Both the position numbers and the translations under genes were made by a program. A stretch of DNA of 64,000 nucleotides from a virus: positions 96,001-160,000 of the IMG/VR virus record IMGVR_UViG_3300034782_000062, one strand, 5' to 3'. Positions 29,501 to 38,352 of the stretch are shown piece after piece; position 1 is the stretch's first letter; each line of letters opens with the position of its first letter. The notes beneath the pieces were generated by a model. The model saw nothing but the letters and a program-made list of their open reading frames with translations. It did no database searches and was not told the origin of the DNA.

Positions 29501-31431
29501 CAGGCACAGGCGCTGGGACTCTGTACATTGGTTTCGCCTCGTCGAACACTTTCAATAATGCCTCGGCCGACATCGACGACGACATCGGGTTCGTTTACAA
29601 CCCGACGATTACGGCGGTCAACTCCTTCGACCGTGCGGCTGGTCTGCTTGTTCAGCCGACGGTCGCGGCTGGTCAGACCCTCACGACATACAAGGCTGTT
29701 TCTATTGACGGAGTCAATGGTACAGGAACGATCACGACATCGACGGGTGTCGATATCAACGACATCGGGCTCAATTCGACGACGACCTACGGGATTTATA
29801 TTGCCGCTCAGACTGGAACGACGACTTGGGGCATTTACCAAGCCGGCACGGGAGAGCAAAACTACTTCGCGGGTCAGGCGACCTTTGGAACGACGTCTCC
29901 TCTGACTACCCGCAGGGTCTATGTCGAGGTGGATGACGGTGAGTCGTACACTCGGGGTGTCGAGGCGAGGTTTGTCAAGAATGGGGCCTCGGGCGCGCAA
30001 TCCTTTACCGGCTTTGAAGCATCGGTAAGGCACACAGGTAATCAGGCTGGCTTGTCCTATTTCGGGTATTCGATGGACATCAACTTCTCGCCGAGCGCTA
30101 CTCAGAACTTGACGAGGCTTGTTGGTTACGAGTCTGCTCCTGGCTCAGGAAGTAACGCGACGATCTCAGAAATCGTCGGATTCCGGGCCACCACTGACGA
30201 GCTTGATGGCGCCATTACCAACTGGTATGGGCTCGAAGTCGAGCAGCCGAATACCGTCGGAACTGGCATCACGAACGCCTACGGTGTCTACATCGAGGAT
30301 CAGAGTGGAAACACTCTTTCCTACGGGATCTATCAGGAGGCTGCGACGGACAGTAACTACTTTGCTGGACACATCGGCGTGGCGGTTACGCCGAGTGCCA
30401 GCTACTACGTCGCAGTTCAGGACAACGAGGACACCGCTATCAGAGCCGGTTTCCGTTCTGAGCTTGTCAAGGACGGAGCTGGTAACAACAAAGACTTCAC
30501 CGGCTATCAGGCTTTTTTGACCCATAGCGGAACAGGGAGCATGTCGAATGCGAGAGGTTATGTGTTTAGCCTCTCGCAGTCGAACACCGGTGATATTTCA
30601 AGCTGCATCGCTTTTCAGGCTACGGCGACATCTTCTGCTTCTGGTGGAACCATTACGACCTATCAGGCATTTCGGGCTGATGGCTCTGTTACGTCTGGAC
30701 AGATCGCGACGGCTTATGGTTTTCGTGCCGCAAGCATGGAGGGGAATGCTGGTCAGTCTTGGGGCTTCTATCAAGAAGGAGCGAGCGACAGAAACTACTT
30801 CGCTGGTGATACTGGACTCGGAGAGTCAAATCCGCAGTACATTCTGGACGTTGATGGAGACGTGAGATTCCAGGACCATATGAGCATTGGTCCTGTTGTC
30901 ACGCCGGATAGCGAGAGAGGGATTGATCTTCGAATAGAGGCGGGCTCGGCTCCGGCTTCTACTTACGGCGTAGATGTTCTTTGCTATAAGAATACCACCG
31001 GCACCGCTACCTCGATGTACGGCTTCCGTGCAGATGGTCTTGTGAACGCTGGTACGGCTAATGACTTCCGTCATTTCGCTGCGGCGGGTGTGGGTGGTTC
31101 TGGAACGTACACGGCGGTATATGGCCTCTTCATAGATAGCCAATACTCGACATCGAACCCAACTGCGACAAACACTTACGGTATCTACCAGATCGGTTCG
31201 AATGATAAGAACTTCTTCCAGGGAAGTACTGGCTTCGGAGTTGGTGTGACTTCTCCAAGTTACACAATAGACGTGAACGGAGACATCAACGTTCAGAGCG
31301 GAAATGTTTATCGTTTCAACGGTTCTGCCGGACTGACTGGAACCTATACGTTTGGCGGTGGGTCGTCAGGTGACATCGCCTCCATGACATTTGCTGGAGG
31401 TATTCTCATAGGTGTAACGACGGTTCCGTAG
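26578..31431 (+). CDS. Giant fibre/spike-like protein (1617 aa) with central beta-helix (pectin-lyase-like) region
   Basis: Shared N-terminal module; YVAKFGSDAN..VYPGVYSEQI beta-helix entry motif; repeated YGIYQ...NYFAG modules; internal duplication. Confidence 0.7.
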   Translation: MSNIFVTDIIGTGTYAVPTDDTELASASSGLNTLLGGVANLTYDRVLAWVEDSGGPGGAEGNRTLNCLIEKFTYLTDECPSEANVDTMIAAIESTLEADANITSVDRQDVHIFQAGAYFLWNRDSAGGFLYPNTATDDVAVGPFASPNGKWFDDGDLVLGTDAMVGAEQLYILDDDETANNVGARARTEKDSTGTKAGWTGFVSEVQHTGAGPGTLYLGFASSNTYNNAAADIDDDIGFVCNPTVTAVNSFDRLTGFFSQPTIAAGQTVTRYKGVSIDGINGAGTVTTSTGIEVNDVGLNSTTTYGIEIDAQTGTTARGIYCDDSIELTGTIVIGENADHTVAPAAGTGLLWVRSDTPNRVIFTDDAGTDQVLQFGWTESEVIYVAKFGSDANDGQSLTEPKLTVGAAITAAAALTPSATNPIVIYVYPGVYSEQIVLSSDYVSLFGVGGPDSVIIEDDTDASQVLRMGACDNIEVRNIHFRGITNNVDAITCAQFTLNNIFRNCKFTSKGTGRSELDGGFASNRLVMDFYNCVFTHADNDGVNDPVAIFMDDATLNFNDCTFEGRGTVNNGVISVYKSCKFRAATSAAATPIWTFTSAVTMLGCDAENTNVGNVFELDVAGCQFLGGRLWAGSDASARELSSTFTTKWRVACSGVVMNNGMAGTIYRDELIHYVGDSGDCDFHVSLEAACDGLLNTGGTVYLMRDVTVGSNIDNQHQSLTIDGMNNYSIDRGSDALLFEQNGFDPQVFTLKNVEIIQGRIEWDRVQAGVLNLVQVTGGTRIIIDNYVAGKEVNIQNCDITVAATDQPFIDFIGGAACPLIIRQSRLEGNGTQPAIDLDVSATALDVSYSVLTEGSTAGTPISNPPGAVSMISHHNLYSTSPFGGNLSNSVTNPYDSPIGSAGASPWTSAAGVIYPATGTDDVAIGSTTMAGAERLYILDEDETGNIVGARARVEKDSTGTKAQWTGYVAEVQHTGTGAGTLYIGFASSNTFNNASADIDDDIGFVYNPTITAVNSFDRAAGLLVQPTVAAGQTLTTYKAVSIDGVNGTGTITTSTGVDINDIGLNSTTTYGIYIAAQTGTTTWGIYQAGTGEQNYFAGQATFGTTSPLTTRRVYVEVDDGESYTRGVEARFVKNGASGAQSFTGFEASVRHTGNQAGLSYFGYSMDINFSPSATQNLTRLVGYESAPGSGSNATISEIVGFRATTDELDGAITNWYGLEVEQPNTVGTGITNAYGVYIEDQSGNTLSYGIYQEAATDSNYFAGHIGVAVTPSASYYVAVQDNEDTAIRAGFRSELVKDGAGNNKDFTGYQAFLTHSGTGSMSNARGYVFSLSQSNTGDISSCIAFQATATSSASGGTITTYQAFRADGSVTSGQIATAYGFRAASMEGNAGQSWGFYQEGASDRNYFAGDTGLGESNPQYILDVDGDVRFQDHMSIGPVVTPDSERGIDLRIEAGSAPASTYGVDVLCYKNTTGTATSMYGFRADGLVNAGTANDFRHFAAAGVGGSGTYTAVYGLFIDSQYSTSNPTATNTYGIYQIGSNDKNFFQGSTGFGVGVTSPSYTIDVNGDINVQSGNVYRFNGSAGLTGTYTFGGGSSGDIASMTFAGGILIGVTTVP
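29883..30323 (+). repeat. 441-bp direct repeat, copy 1 (inside the 1617-aa gene)
   Basis: No mismatches to 34750-35190 seen by eye. Confidence 0.9.
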
Positions 31432-31489
31432 AGAACAGCATAAACCAATCGTCTTTAGGACGGTATGTTAGGGCGCGAAGGGGAATAAA

Positions 31490-34400
31490 ATGAGCAACGA
31501 CTATGTTACCGAAATCGTCGGCACCGGTACTTACGCCATTCCGTCGGATGACACGGAGCTGGCAGCCGCAACCTCGGGGCTCGATACCCTGATCAGTGGC
31601 GTCGCGAACTTGACCTACGATCGCGTGCTCGCGTGGGTCGAGGACTCAGGTGGTCCTGGTGGCGCCGAAGGGGTCCGCACTCTCAACTGCGTCATAGAAA
31701 AGATTACCTACCTGGCGAACGAGTGCCCATCGGAGACCGAAATTGATACGATGACAGCGGCCATCGAGTCAGCACTTGAGGCTGACGCGAACATTACTTC
31801 GGTCGGCCGACAGAACTTCTCGTGCTTCGCTGCAACCGGTTCGAGCCAGCTCTGGCTCCAGGATCCTGGTGGGTTCCTCTATCCATCGACAACGACTGAT
31901 GACGTAGCTGTAGGCGGCGCGATACCGAATGGCAAGTGGTTCGACGATGGCGACCTGGTCCTCGGCGGAAACGTCATGTCCGGGACCGAGCGACTTAGGG
32001 TTTTTGGCGATGTGCTTGTAGATCAGGACGGCTCTGGCCGTGGAAATATTAATTTGCCAGCGACGGATACAGCGCTTACGCGGGGAGTTTACGAGATCAA
32101 CGGGTCACCCGCGCTAAGGGTTGAGAGTAATGCTCTTTACGTGGGCAATAGCGGGGCGTCGGGCGTATCCAAGGCAAGAAGTGTAGCTGTTGGCGAAGGC
32201 GCCCTGTCGTCAGTAGTTAACGGATCTGAGGAGAATGTTGCGGTTGGTTATCAGGCTCTGCAATCCCTGACACTGAATAACGGCGAGTCTATCGCAGTTG
32301 GTTATCGGGCAGCACAGTCGGTTGTTCGTGCAGATCAGACTGTTGTCATTGGCTACGATGCCATGCAAAACGCATCCATAACTGCAAATGAAAACGTTGT
32401 TGTTGGTGCGCGGGCATGTGAGAACAGTTCTCTAACATTCAACTCTAGCGTCATAATAGGCCACAGCGCAGCATTCACCGGCGGCGGTCCAACCCGTGGT
32501 GTATTTATTGGTCATCAGGCTGGTTACAGCATAACGAGTAACCCGACCGAAACCGTTGCTGTTGGATACCAGTCTCTCTACAACATTATCGGAACGGGCG
32601 GTCTTGGGGGCGACTATAATACGTGCGTCGGTTCCGAGTCAGGCCGTTCTCTTACAACTGGATCATATAACACGTTTATTGGGTGGGAGTGCGGGCGAAA
32701 TGCTGCGACGAACACTCAATCCAATGTAGCTGTTGGTTCGGGCGCCTTCCAGACCGTGGCGACGCCGAGTCGATGGAATATTGCAATCGGAAATAACTCT
32801 TTGGGTAATACCGGAGGTTCTGCTGTTGAGGGCAATGTTTCTATTGGGCACTCTGCTGGATCGACAGCAACGGCTGGATACTGTGTTTACCTGGGATACA
32901 ATGCAGGACAGGCAAACGCTACCAACAACCGGCTCTTCATCGAAAACTCAAGCGACCTAAATAACCCGCTAATCTATGGCGAGTTTGATGGCGGCGGTTA
33001 TCTACGGGTTGGCGGCGGTATGACCATCGGAAACCCCAAGAGCGCTGCTCCGACCGGCGAGAGCGTGGATGCCGTTTATCTCGACGATGGCACCAATACC
33101 ACTTCGGGTAATCCAGGCTGGCGTTATCTTGTCAGCACTGGCCCCGACGTCTGGGCAGATGTCGGAGGAGGCGGCGGTGGGTCGAGCCCCTGGACGTCGG
33201 CCGCAGGTGTTATTTATCCGGCAACGATAACAGATGACGTAGCGATCGGAAGCAGCACCTTGAGTGGCGCTGCCAATGAGCACCTTTTTATAAAGGACAC
33301 TGTAGAATCTGGTCTGTCGACAGGCGCATATATTCTGTTCGAAAAGAATGCAGCCGATGTCAAGGGGGCGTGGAACGGTGTCTACGTCCAGATCGATCAT
33401 ACTGGCAACTCAGGGCTTGCCACGGGTGGGTATACCAGTTTTTGGTCAGACGTTAACTGGAGCCCAGCCCAGACACTCAATAGTAATAAGGGATTTCTTA
33501 GTCAGCTCGATGTGGCGAACGCGAGCGGGGTGGTTAGTGATCATAAAGCTTTCCAGGCGGCGAGCCCGACGGGTAGTGGAACGATCACGACCTCATATGG
33601 ACTTTTCATCGACTCTATGAATGGGTCGACCAATAGTTATGGTGTCTACCAGAGCGGCACATCGGATCAGAACGTTTTTCGAGGCGACACCGTAGTTGGC
33701 GCTCTGACGATGTCGGGCACAGAACTGCTGAGAGTCGCAGGCAACTTGCGAGTCGATAACGACGCCGTATTCGTAGAGCAATCTGACCATTCTACGACGC
33801 CCGCTGCGGGTATCGGCCTTCTTTGGGTGCGAAACGACTCGCCAAACGTGCTTGTCTTCACGGATGATGCTGGGACAGACACTGTTCTTGGTGCTGCAGG
33901 ATCCTCTCCGTGGACATCTGCTGCAGGTGTGATCTATCCAAGTACTCTGACGGATACTGTTGCTGTCAATTCAACCTCGATGTTGAGCAGTGAAAAGGTC
34001 TTTGTAAAAGACGATACAGAGGGCGGCTCCTCGGAGGGTCTCATTGTTCAGCTCGAAAAGGATGCAGCGACGGCAAAAACGAACTGGACTGGTGTTGAGG
34101 TCGACACACTTCTAACGGGATCGTCGACGACCATTGTATCACCCACTTCGTTCCTGTCGGATATTAATCTCAACGTCGGAACTGCGTCGGTTACAGGTGT
34201 TGCGACAGGCTATCGTACTCAGTTGAACGTAGCCGGTTCTGCATCTGTTGCCTCATACATGGCCTTCCGATCGGAGAGTCCTACTGTCTTCGGGACTTTG
34301 ACCAACTCGTATGGGCTCTATATCGAGTCGATGAATGGAGGAACGAATAGTTACGGTGTTTTCCAGCAGGGATCCGGAGACATAAACTACTTTGCGGGTA

Positions 34401-35872
34401 ATACTGCAATTGGTATTACAACACCAACGTCCTCCGATATTCTATTGGTGAATAATGGCGTTGCGTCAGGTATCGGAACGGACACGGCGATTCTTGCGGC
34501 CATCACCAAGACTGCTGCGGGTACTGTTGCAGACTGGAGGACTATAGAATCCCAAATCAACGTCACAACAGGGTCTATTACAAATGCAAGGCACCTGAGG
34601 GCATTCTCTCCCGCTGGAGCAGGTTCTATCGGAACGATTTATGGCATCTATGTCGATACCCAGAAGACGGGGCCTGCTGCGGCGGCAACGTCCTATGGCT
34701 TTTATCAGGAGGGAACCGACGACGATAACTACTTCGCTGGTCAGACAAGCTTTGGAACGACGTCTCCTCTGACTACCCGCAGGGTCTATGTCGAGGTGGA
34801 TGACGGTGAGTCGTACACTCGGGGTGTCGAGGCGAGGTTTGTCAAGAATGGGGCCTCGGGCGCGCAATCCTTTACCGGCTTTGAAGCATCGGTAAGGCAC
34901 ACAGGTAATCAGGCTGGCTTGTCCTATTTCGGGTATTCGATGGACATCAACTTCTCGCCGAGCGCTACTCAGAACTTGACGAGGCTTGTTGGTTACGAGT
35001 CTGCTCCTGGCTCAGGAAGTAACGCGACGATCTCAGAAATCGTCGGATTCCGGGCCACCACTGACGAGCTTGATGGCGCCATTACCAACTGGTATGGGCT
35101 CGAAGTCGAGCAGCCGAATACCGTCGGAACTGGCATCACGAACGCCTACGGTGTCTACATCGAGGATCAGAGTGGAAACACTCTTTCCTATGGCATCTAT
35201 CAGGCGTCGTCTAATGACGTCAATTATTTTGCCGGCAATGTGGGTATCAACCAAACAGCGCCCCCCACTGCGAATTATTTGGACATAACCGACACCGATG
35301 ATTCGGCGCAGAAGCGTGGCGTCAACGTTTATCTTCCGAAGGATGGATCAAGCAATGGAAAGGTGTTCTTGGGATTCCGATCCAATATCGACCATACCGG
35401 AACGGGAAACGCGCTAGGATACTATGGCTTCCGATCGGATCTGCTTCTCAATAATGCGTCGGCGACTATTACGTCGATGTATGGTCTCTATGCTCAGCAT
35501 TTTACGACCGGCGGAACCATTACGAGTAACTACGGCCTCTGGACTGGAGCTACAGCGAGCGGTAGCGGATCAATTACCAACTCTTACGGTGTTTATATCG
35601 ACTCCATGGGGGGGGCGACTCTTAGCTTTGGTGTCTACCAGGCGAGCGCCGCGGACACCAACTACTTTGCTGGAGACATCGGAATCGGAACAACGTCTCC
35701 TGCAACGAGCGCAGGTCTTGAGATTTCATCGACAACGAGAGCGCTTCTTGTCTCCAGAATGAACACGACCCAGAGGAACGCGCTGACCGCAGCAGCCGGC
35801 ATGATCATATTCAACACCACGACATCGAAGTTCCAGGGCTACGACGGGTCCGCGTGGCAGGACTTCCACTAG
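31490..35872 (+). CDS. Giant fibre/adhesin-like protein (1460 aa) with trimeric-autotransporter-head-like repeats
   Basis: Shared N-terminal module; ~14-aa NVAVGYQAL/VVIGHSA repeats; C-terminal GMIIFNTTTSKFQGYDGSAW motif typical of phage fibres. Confidence 0.7.
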   Translation: MSNDYVTEIVGTGTYAIPSDDTELAAATSGLDTLISGVANLTYDRVLAWVEDSGGPGGAEGVRTLNCVIEKITYLANECPSETEIDTMTAAIESALEADANITSVGRQNFSCFAATGSSQLWLQDPGGFLYPSTTTDDVAVGGAIPNGKWFDDGDLVLGGNVMSGTERLRVFGDVLVDQDGSGRGNINLPATDTALTRGVYEINGSPALRVESNALYVGNSGASGVSKARSVAVGEGALSSVVNGSEENVAVGYQALQSLTLNNGESIAVGYRAAQSVVRADQTVVIGYDAMQNASITANENVVVGARACENSSLTFNSSVIIGHSAAFTGGGPTRGVFIGHQAGYSITSNPTETVAVGYQSLYNIIGTGGLGGDYNTCVGSESGRSLTTGSYNTFIGWECGRNAATNTQSNVAVGSGAFQTVATPSRWNIAIGNNSLGNTGGSAVEGNVSIGHSAGSTATAGYCVYLGYNAGQANATNNRLFIENSSDLNNPLIYGEFDGGGYLRVGGGMTIGNPKSAAPTGESVDAVYLDDGTNTTSGNPGWRYLVSTGPDVWADVGGGGGGSSPWTSAAGVIYPATITDDVAIGSSTLSGAANEHLFIKDTVESGLSTGAYILFEKNAADVKGAWNGVYVQIDHTGNSGLATGGYTSFWSDVNWSPAQTLNSNKGFLSQLDVANASGVVSDHKAFQAASPTGSGTITTSYGLFIDSMNGSTNSYGVYQSGTSDQNVFRGDTVVGALTMSGTELLRVAGNLRVDNDAVFVEQSDHSTTPAAGIGLLWVRNDSPNVLVFTDDAGTDTVLGAAGSSPWTSAAGVIYPSTLTDTVAVNSTSMLSSEKVFVKDDTEGGSSEGLIVQLEKDAATAKTNWTGVEVDTLLTGSSTTIVSPTSFLSDINLNVGTASVTGVATGYRTQLNVAGSASVASYMAFRSESPTVFGTLTNSYGLYIESMNGGTNSYGVFQQGSGDINYFAGNTAIGITTPTSSDILLVNNGVASGIGTDTAILAAITKTAAGTVADWRTIESQINVTTGSITNARHLRAFSPAGAGSIGTIYGIYVDTQKTGPAAAATSYGFYQEGTDDDNYFAGQTSFGTTSPLTTRRVYVEVDDGESYTRGVEARFVKNGASGAQSFTGFEASVRHTGNQAGLSYFGYSMDINFSPSATQNLTRLVGYESAPGSGSNATISEIVGFRATTDELDGAITNWYGLEVEQPNTVGTGITNAYGVYIEDQSGNTLSYGIYQASSNDVNYFAGNVGINQTAPPTANYLDITDTDDSAQKRGVNVYLPKDGSSNGKVFLGFRSNIDHTGTGNALGYYGFRSDLLLNNASATITSMYGLYAQHFTTGGTITSNYGLWTGATASGSGSITNSYGVYIDSMGGATLSFGVYQASAADTNYFAGDIGIGTTSPATSAGLEISSTTRALLVSRMNTTQRNALTAAAGMIIFNTTTSKFQGYDGSAWQDFH
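34750..35190 (+). repeat. 441-bp direct repeat, copy 2 (inside the 1460-aa gene)
   Basis: No mismatches to 29883-30323 seen by eye. Confidence 0.9.
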
Positions 35873-35892
35873 AAACAGGACAGGGGATAAAA

Positions 35893-36117
35893 ATGGCAAC
35901 GAACGTTTCGATTTGGAGATCGGAGTACTCTGGAAAACAGTTTTCCTCAGAGGAAGAGGCTAACGCCCATGACGAACGAGTCCTCGATGTCATGGTCGCG
36001 TGGCTGAGAGAGAACATGGAAGCAGGCTGGCTGAACGAAGGTCAGCTCAGGGAAATCGCCGGCAGGTTCGCCGGCAAGATGACAGAGCTTCGAAAATTGA
36101 TGTCCAAGGTCGATTAG
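35893..36117 (+). CDS. Small protein after the fibre genes (possible chaperone)
   Basis: GGGGA RBS; F.SEEEA..H motif; function inferred from position only. Confidence 0.5.
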   Translation: MATNVSIWRSEYSGKQFSSEEEANAHDERVLDVMVAWLRENMEAGWLNEGQLREIAGRFAGKMTELRKLMSKVD

Positions 36118-37436
36118 GGTCGCACATCGTAGTTGTGCCCGGCCGGGGCTTCGCCGAGATGCGCTCCTCGAATGAATGGCGCTATCCACTTCAGCTTTCG
36201 CAAAGAACGTTTCGGGCCGTAGGGCTGGTTTCTCCAGTGCCCGCGGGTGATCGAAGGCCTTGTTAGCTTTCGTCCTGAGGACGATGGCCTTTCTCCGCTG
36301 GGGGCCGCTGGCGCCTCAGGGTTGATGACAATGTTCGTCCCCAGAAGCCAGTGAGGCACATGTTTCAGATCCCGTATCGTCTTGAGGATGCGGTTTCGTG
36401 CTATTGCTCCGCCCTTCTTCTTCTTACGAGCCCGCTTTTCGAGACCATCGATCTGGTCTTGGTGGATGTGACGCTTGTGGGCACCCGATGAGTTGATGTA
36501 GAGGATGGTGTTTGTTGCAATCCTCAGGATAGCGCGCTTGAATTCTCGGCCATATATCGTATCGCCAAAGATGGTGCCGTAGGCTGTGATTCTTGGATCG
36601 TCCTGTGGCGCCTTGCCATCTCGAACCCTTTTGGAACTTCGAGAAAATATTTCAGCGGCTTGATCTCGTGTCATGGGCATGTGGACGTTGAGTCTGCCGT
36701 CTTGGGCCATCTCCCGGCCGATGTCACTCGCGTGCTCGACAAAGTCAATGACCTCGTCGAGCGGCTGGTCAGGGTTGAACATTGGGAGCCAGACGTCCAT
36801 GACATGGTCGTCGCCGAGGTTGATGCTCTTCTCATTGGGCTCACAGAAAACGCCGACGAGAAGAGCATCTTTCCACATGGGCTCGGTGCCTTCAGCGATC
36901 GCCATGTAGCGCGCCTCGTGCAAACCTGTGACCTCATCGTTGCAGTAAACGGCCCCCTGGGGAAGCTCGATGAAGAACGCAGGAAAGGGCATTTTTATGT
37001 GCTCGACGAAGGTGTTCTTGAGGTCGGTGTTGTGGAGCCCCCAGAGCAGCCCCTCAGAAAGCGTGAACCACGAAGGGGTTGCTGACTGTTCGATGGTTTT
37101 GAGGTGCGTGTAGGATGTCACGCAGGTTGCTCGTGTGGAGTCGTGTTCATTCGCGGCTGGGATCGGTCTGAAGGGAAGGATGCTGAAGCCGTCATTCTCG
37201 AATTCGTCGAAGATGGCTTTGAAGGGCTCAAGGTATTGAAATTCGCTCCACCATCTTAGCTCTTCGAGGGGCATCCCGACGGTCAGGGCTTGATGAAGAG
37301 CGAGCTGCGCATCACATTGTTGCCTGAAGCACTCTTTGCCTTCGATCCGTCGCTGGTCGCCCTCGTTGTAGCGCCGTTGATGCTCCTCGATGAGCTTCAT
37401 CCGTAGCTTGTGCTGGTCTCCCGTGAGCCGTCGCAT
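36114..37436 (-). CDS. Hypothetical phage protein with basic C-terminal RGHWR motif
   Basis: 440-aa ORF; RGHWRNQPYGP..WIAPF tail. Confidence 0.65.
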   Translation of the reverse strand: MRRLTGDQHKLRMKLIEEHQRRYNEGDQRRIEGKECFRQQCDAQLALHQALTVGMPLEELRWWSEFQYLEPFKAIFDEFENDGFSILPFRPIPAANEHDSTRATCVTSYTHLKTIEQSATPSWFTLSEGLLWGLHNTDLKNTFVEHIKMPFPAFFIELPQGAVYCNDEVTGLHEARYMAIAEGTEPMWKDALLVGVFCEPNEKSINLGDDHVMDVWLPMFNPDQPLDEVIDFVEHASDIGREMAQDGRLNVHMPMTRDQAAEIFSRSSKRVRDGKAPQDDPRITAYGTIFGDTIYGREFKRAILRIATNTILYINSSGAHKRHIHQDQIDGLEKRARKKKKGGAIARNRILKTIRDLKHVPHWLLGTNIVINPEAPAAPSGERPSSSGRKLTRPSITRGHWRNQPYGPKRSLRKLKWIAPFIRGAHLGEAPAGHNYDVRP

Positions 37437-37439
37437 GTA

Positions 37440-37471
37440 GGTAGCATATGCAACGTGTGGATGGTTGTCAA
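37440..37471 (-). promoter_or_regulatory. Promoter with overlapping palindromic operator
   Basis: TTGACA-17 nt-TATGCT on minus strand, 6 nt from the ATG; GGTAGCATATGCAAC at 37440-37454. Confidence 0.65.
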
Positions 37472-37479
37472 CTGTTCAA

Positions 37480-37938
37480 TCAGGTAAGGCCGCGAGGTCG
37501 TGGACGACGACCTCGGGCGCCAGGCCCGGCGCGTTGTAGGCGCTCGCTGTCGTAATAGATTCGGATGCCAGTGACGGCTTCGACCTTGTGGTCGCAATCC
37601 TGCTCGTAGTCGCGTCCACCCTGGTCGACAACTCCAGTTATCGCCTTTTCGTAGTTCTGGAGCAGGTGACCGAACTCGTGGTAAAGGATGCCGCGTATTC
37701 TGGTGATGGGCTCATCGGCGAGATCCGGGCATAGGTAGATAATCGCCGGCCGAAAACCCTCTTGAGCTGCGAAGTGACGAGGTTTTGTCGCGAAGAAGCA
37801 GGTCATCCTGATCGAGATCGGCGGAAGCGGCAACCCGAGCCCTTCTTGAACCTCCTCGGAGATGACTCGAAGCTCTCGGCCGAGGATCGGCGGAACCTTG
37901 TCTGGGTGAGGAGACTTGAGCCTGACGGGCGGCAACAT
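37480..37938 (-). CDS. HExxH zinc metallopeptidase-like protein
   Basis: ILYHEFGHLL followed by EQDCD. Confidence 0.6.
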   Translation of the reverse strand: MLPPVRLKSPHPDKVPPILGRELRVISEEVQEGLGLPLPPISIRMTCFFATKPRHFAAQEGFRPAIIYLCPDLADEPITRIRGILYHEFGHLLQNYEKAITGVVDQGGRDYEQDCDHKVEAVTGIRIYYDSERLQRAGPGARGRRPRPRGLT

Positions 37939-37980
37939 GCGCCCATTTTACAACGTCTTGAGGATGGATGAAAGCTGGAG

Positions 37981-38352
37981 CTACTCGGTCGCGGGGTTTT
38001 CGGTCGTCGTAGTCTCGGTCGTCGTCTCGGTCTCGGTCTTGGTGTCCTTCGGCTTGTTCTTCGAGCCCTTGGGGCGACCGCGCCTCTTCGCGGGCTCCTG
38101 CGTCTTCGACTCGGCCTTGGACGCGGGGCGCCGCTTGCGCTTCTTGGACGCCGGGGGCGAGAGGAGGCTGCGGTTGTAGCGGACGAGTGCCTTGGCGATC
38201 TCCACCCCGTTGCCTTCCTTGGCGTCCTTGGTGATGAGGCCACCGGTCCTCTCTTTGAGCAGTGCGAAGTCGACATCGGGGTCTTCCGAGAGGAGTCGGA
38301 CGAGCTGGTCGTTGACTTCGTTGATTCGCTCTTCGGCCGTTTGGGTTGTCAT
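37981..38352 (-). CDS. Small DNA-binding protein with AT-hook
   Basis: KRRGRPKGSKNKPK; start MTTQ with GGAG RBS; overlaps the recombinase stop. Confidence 0.65.
   Translation of the reverse strand: MTTQTAEERINEVNDQLVRLLSEDPDVDFALLKERTGGLITKDAKEGNGVEIAKALVRYNRSLLSPPASKKRKRRPASKAESKTQEPAKRRGRPKGSKNKPKDTKTETETTTETTTTENPATE

Noticed and set aside
29883-35190. Diversity-generating retroelement TR/VR pair
   Set aside because: No adenine-specific mismatches between the copies, both copies are mid-gene coding sequence, and there is no reverse transcriptase in the window
18096-35300. Antisense ORFs within the structural genes (e.g. 22642-23604, 27352-28062, 29239-30033)
   Set aside because: Typical stop-poor antisense frames of high-GC genes; no motifs or RBS
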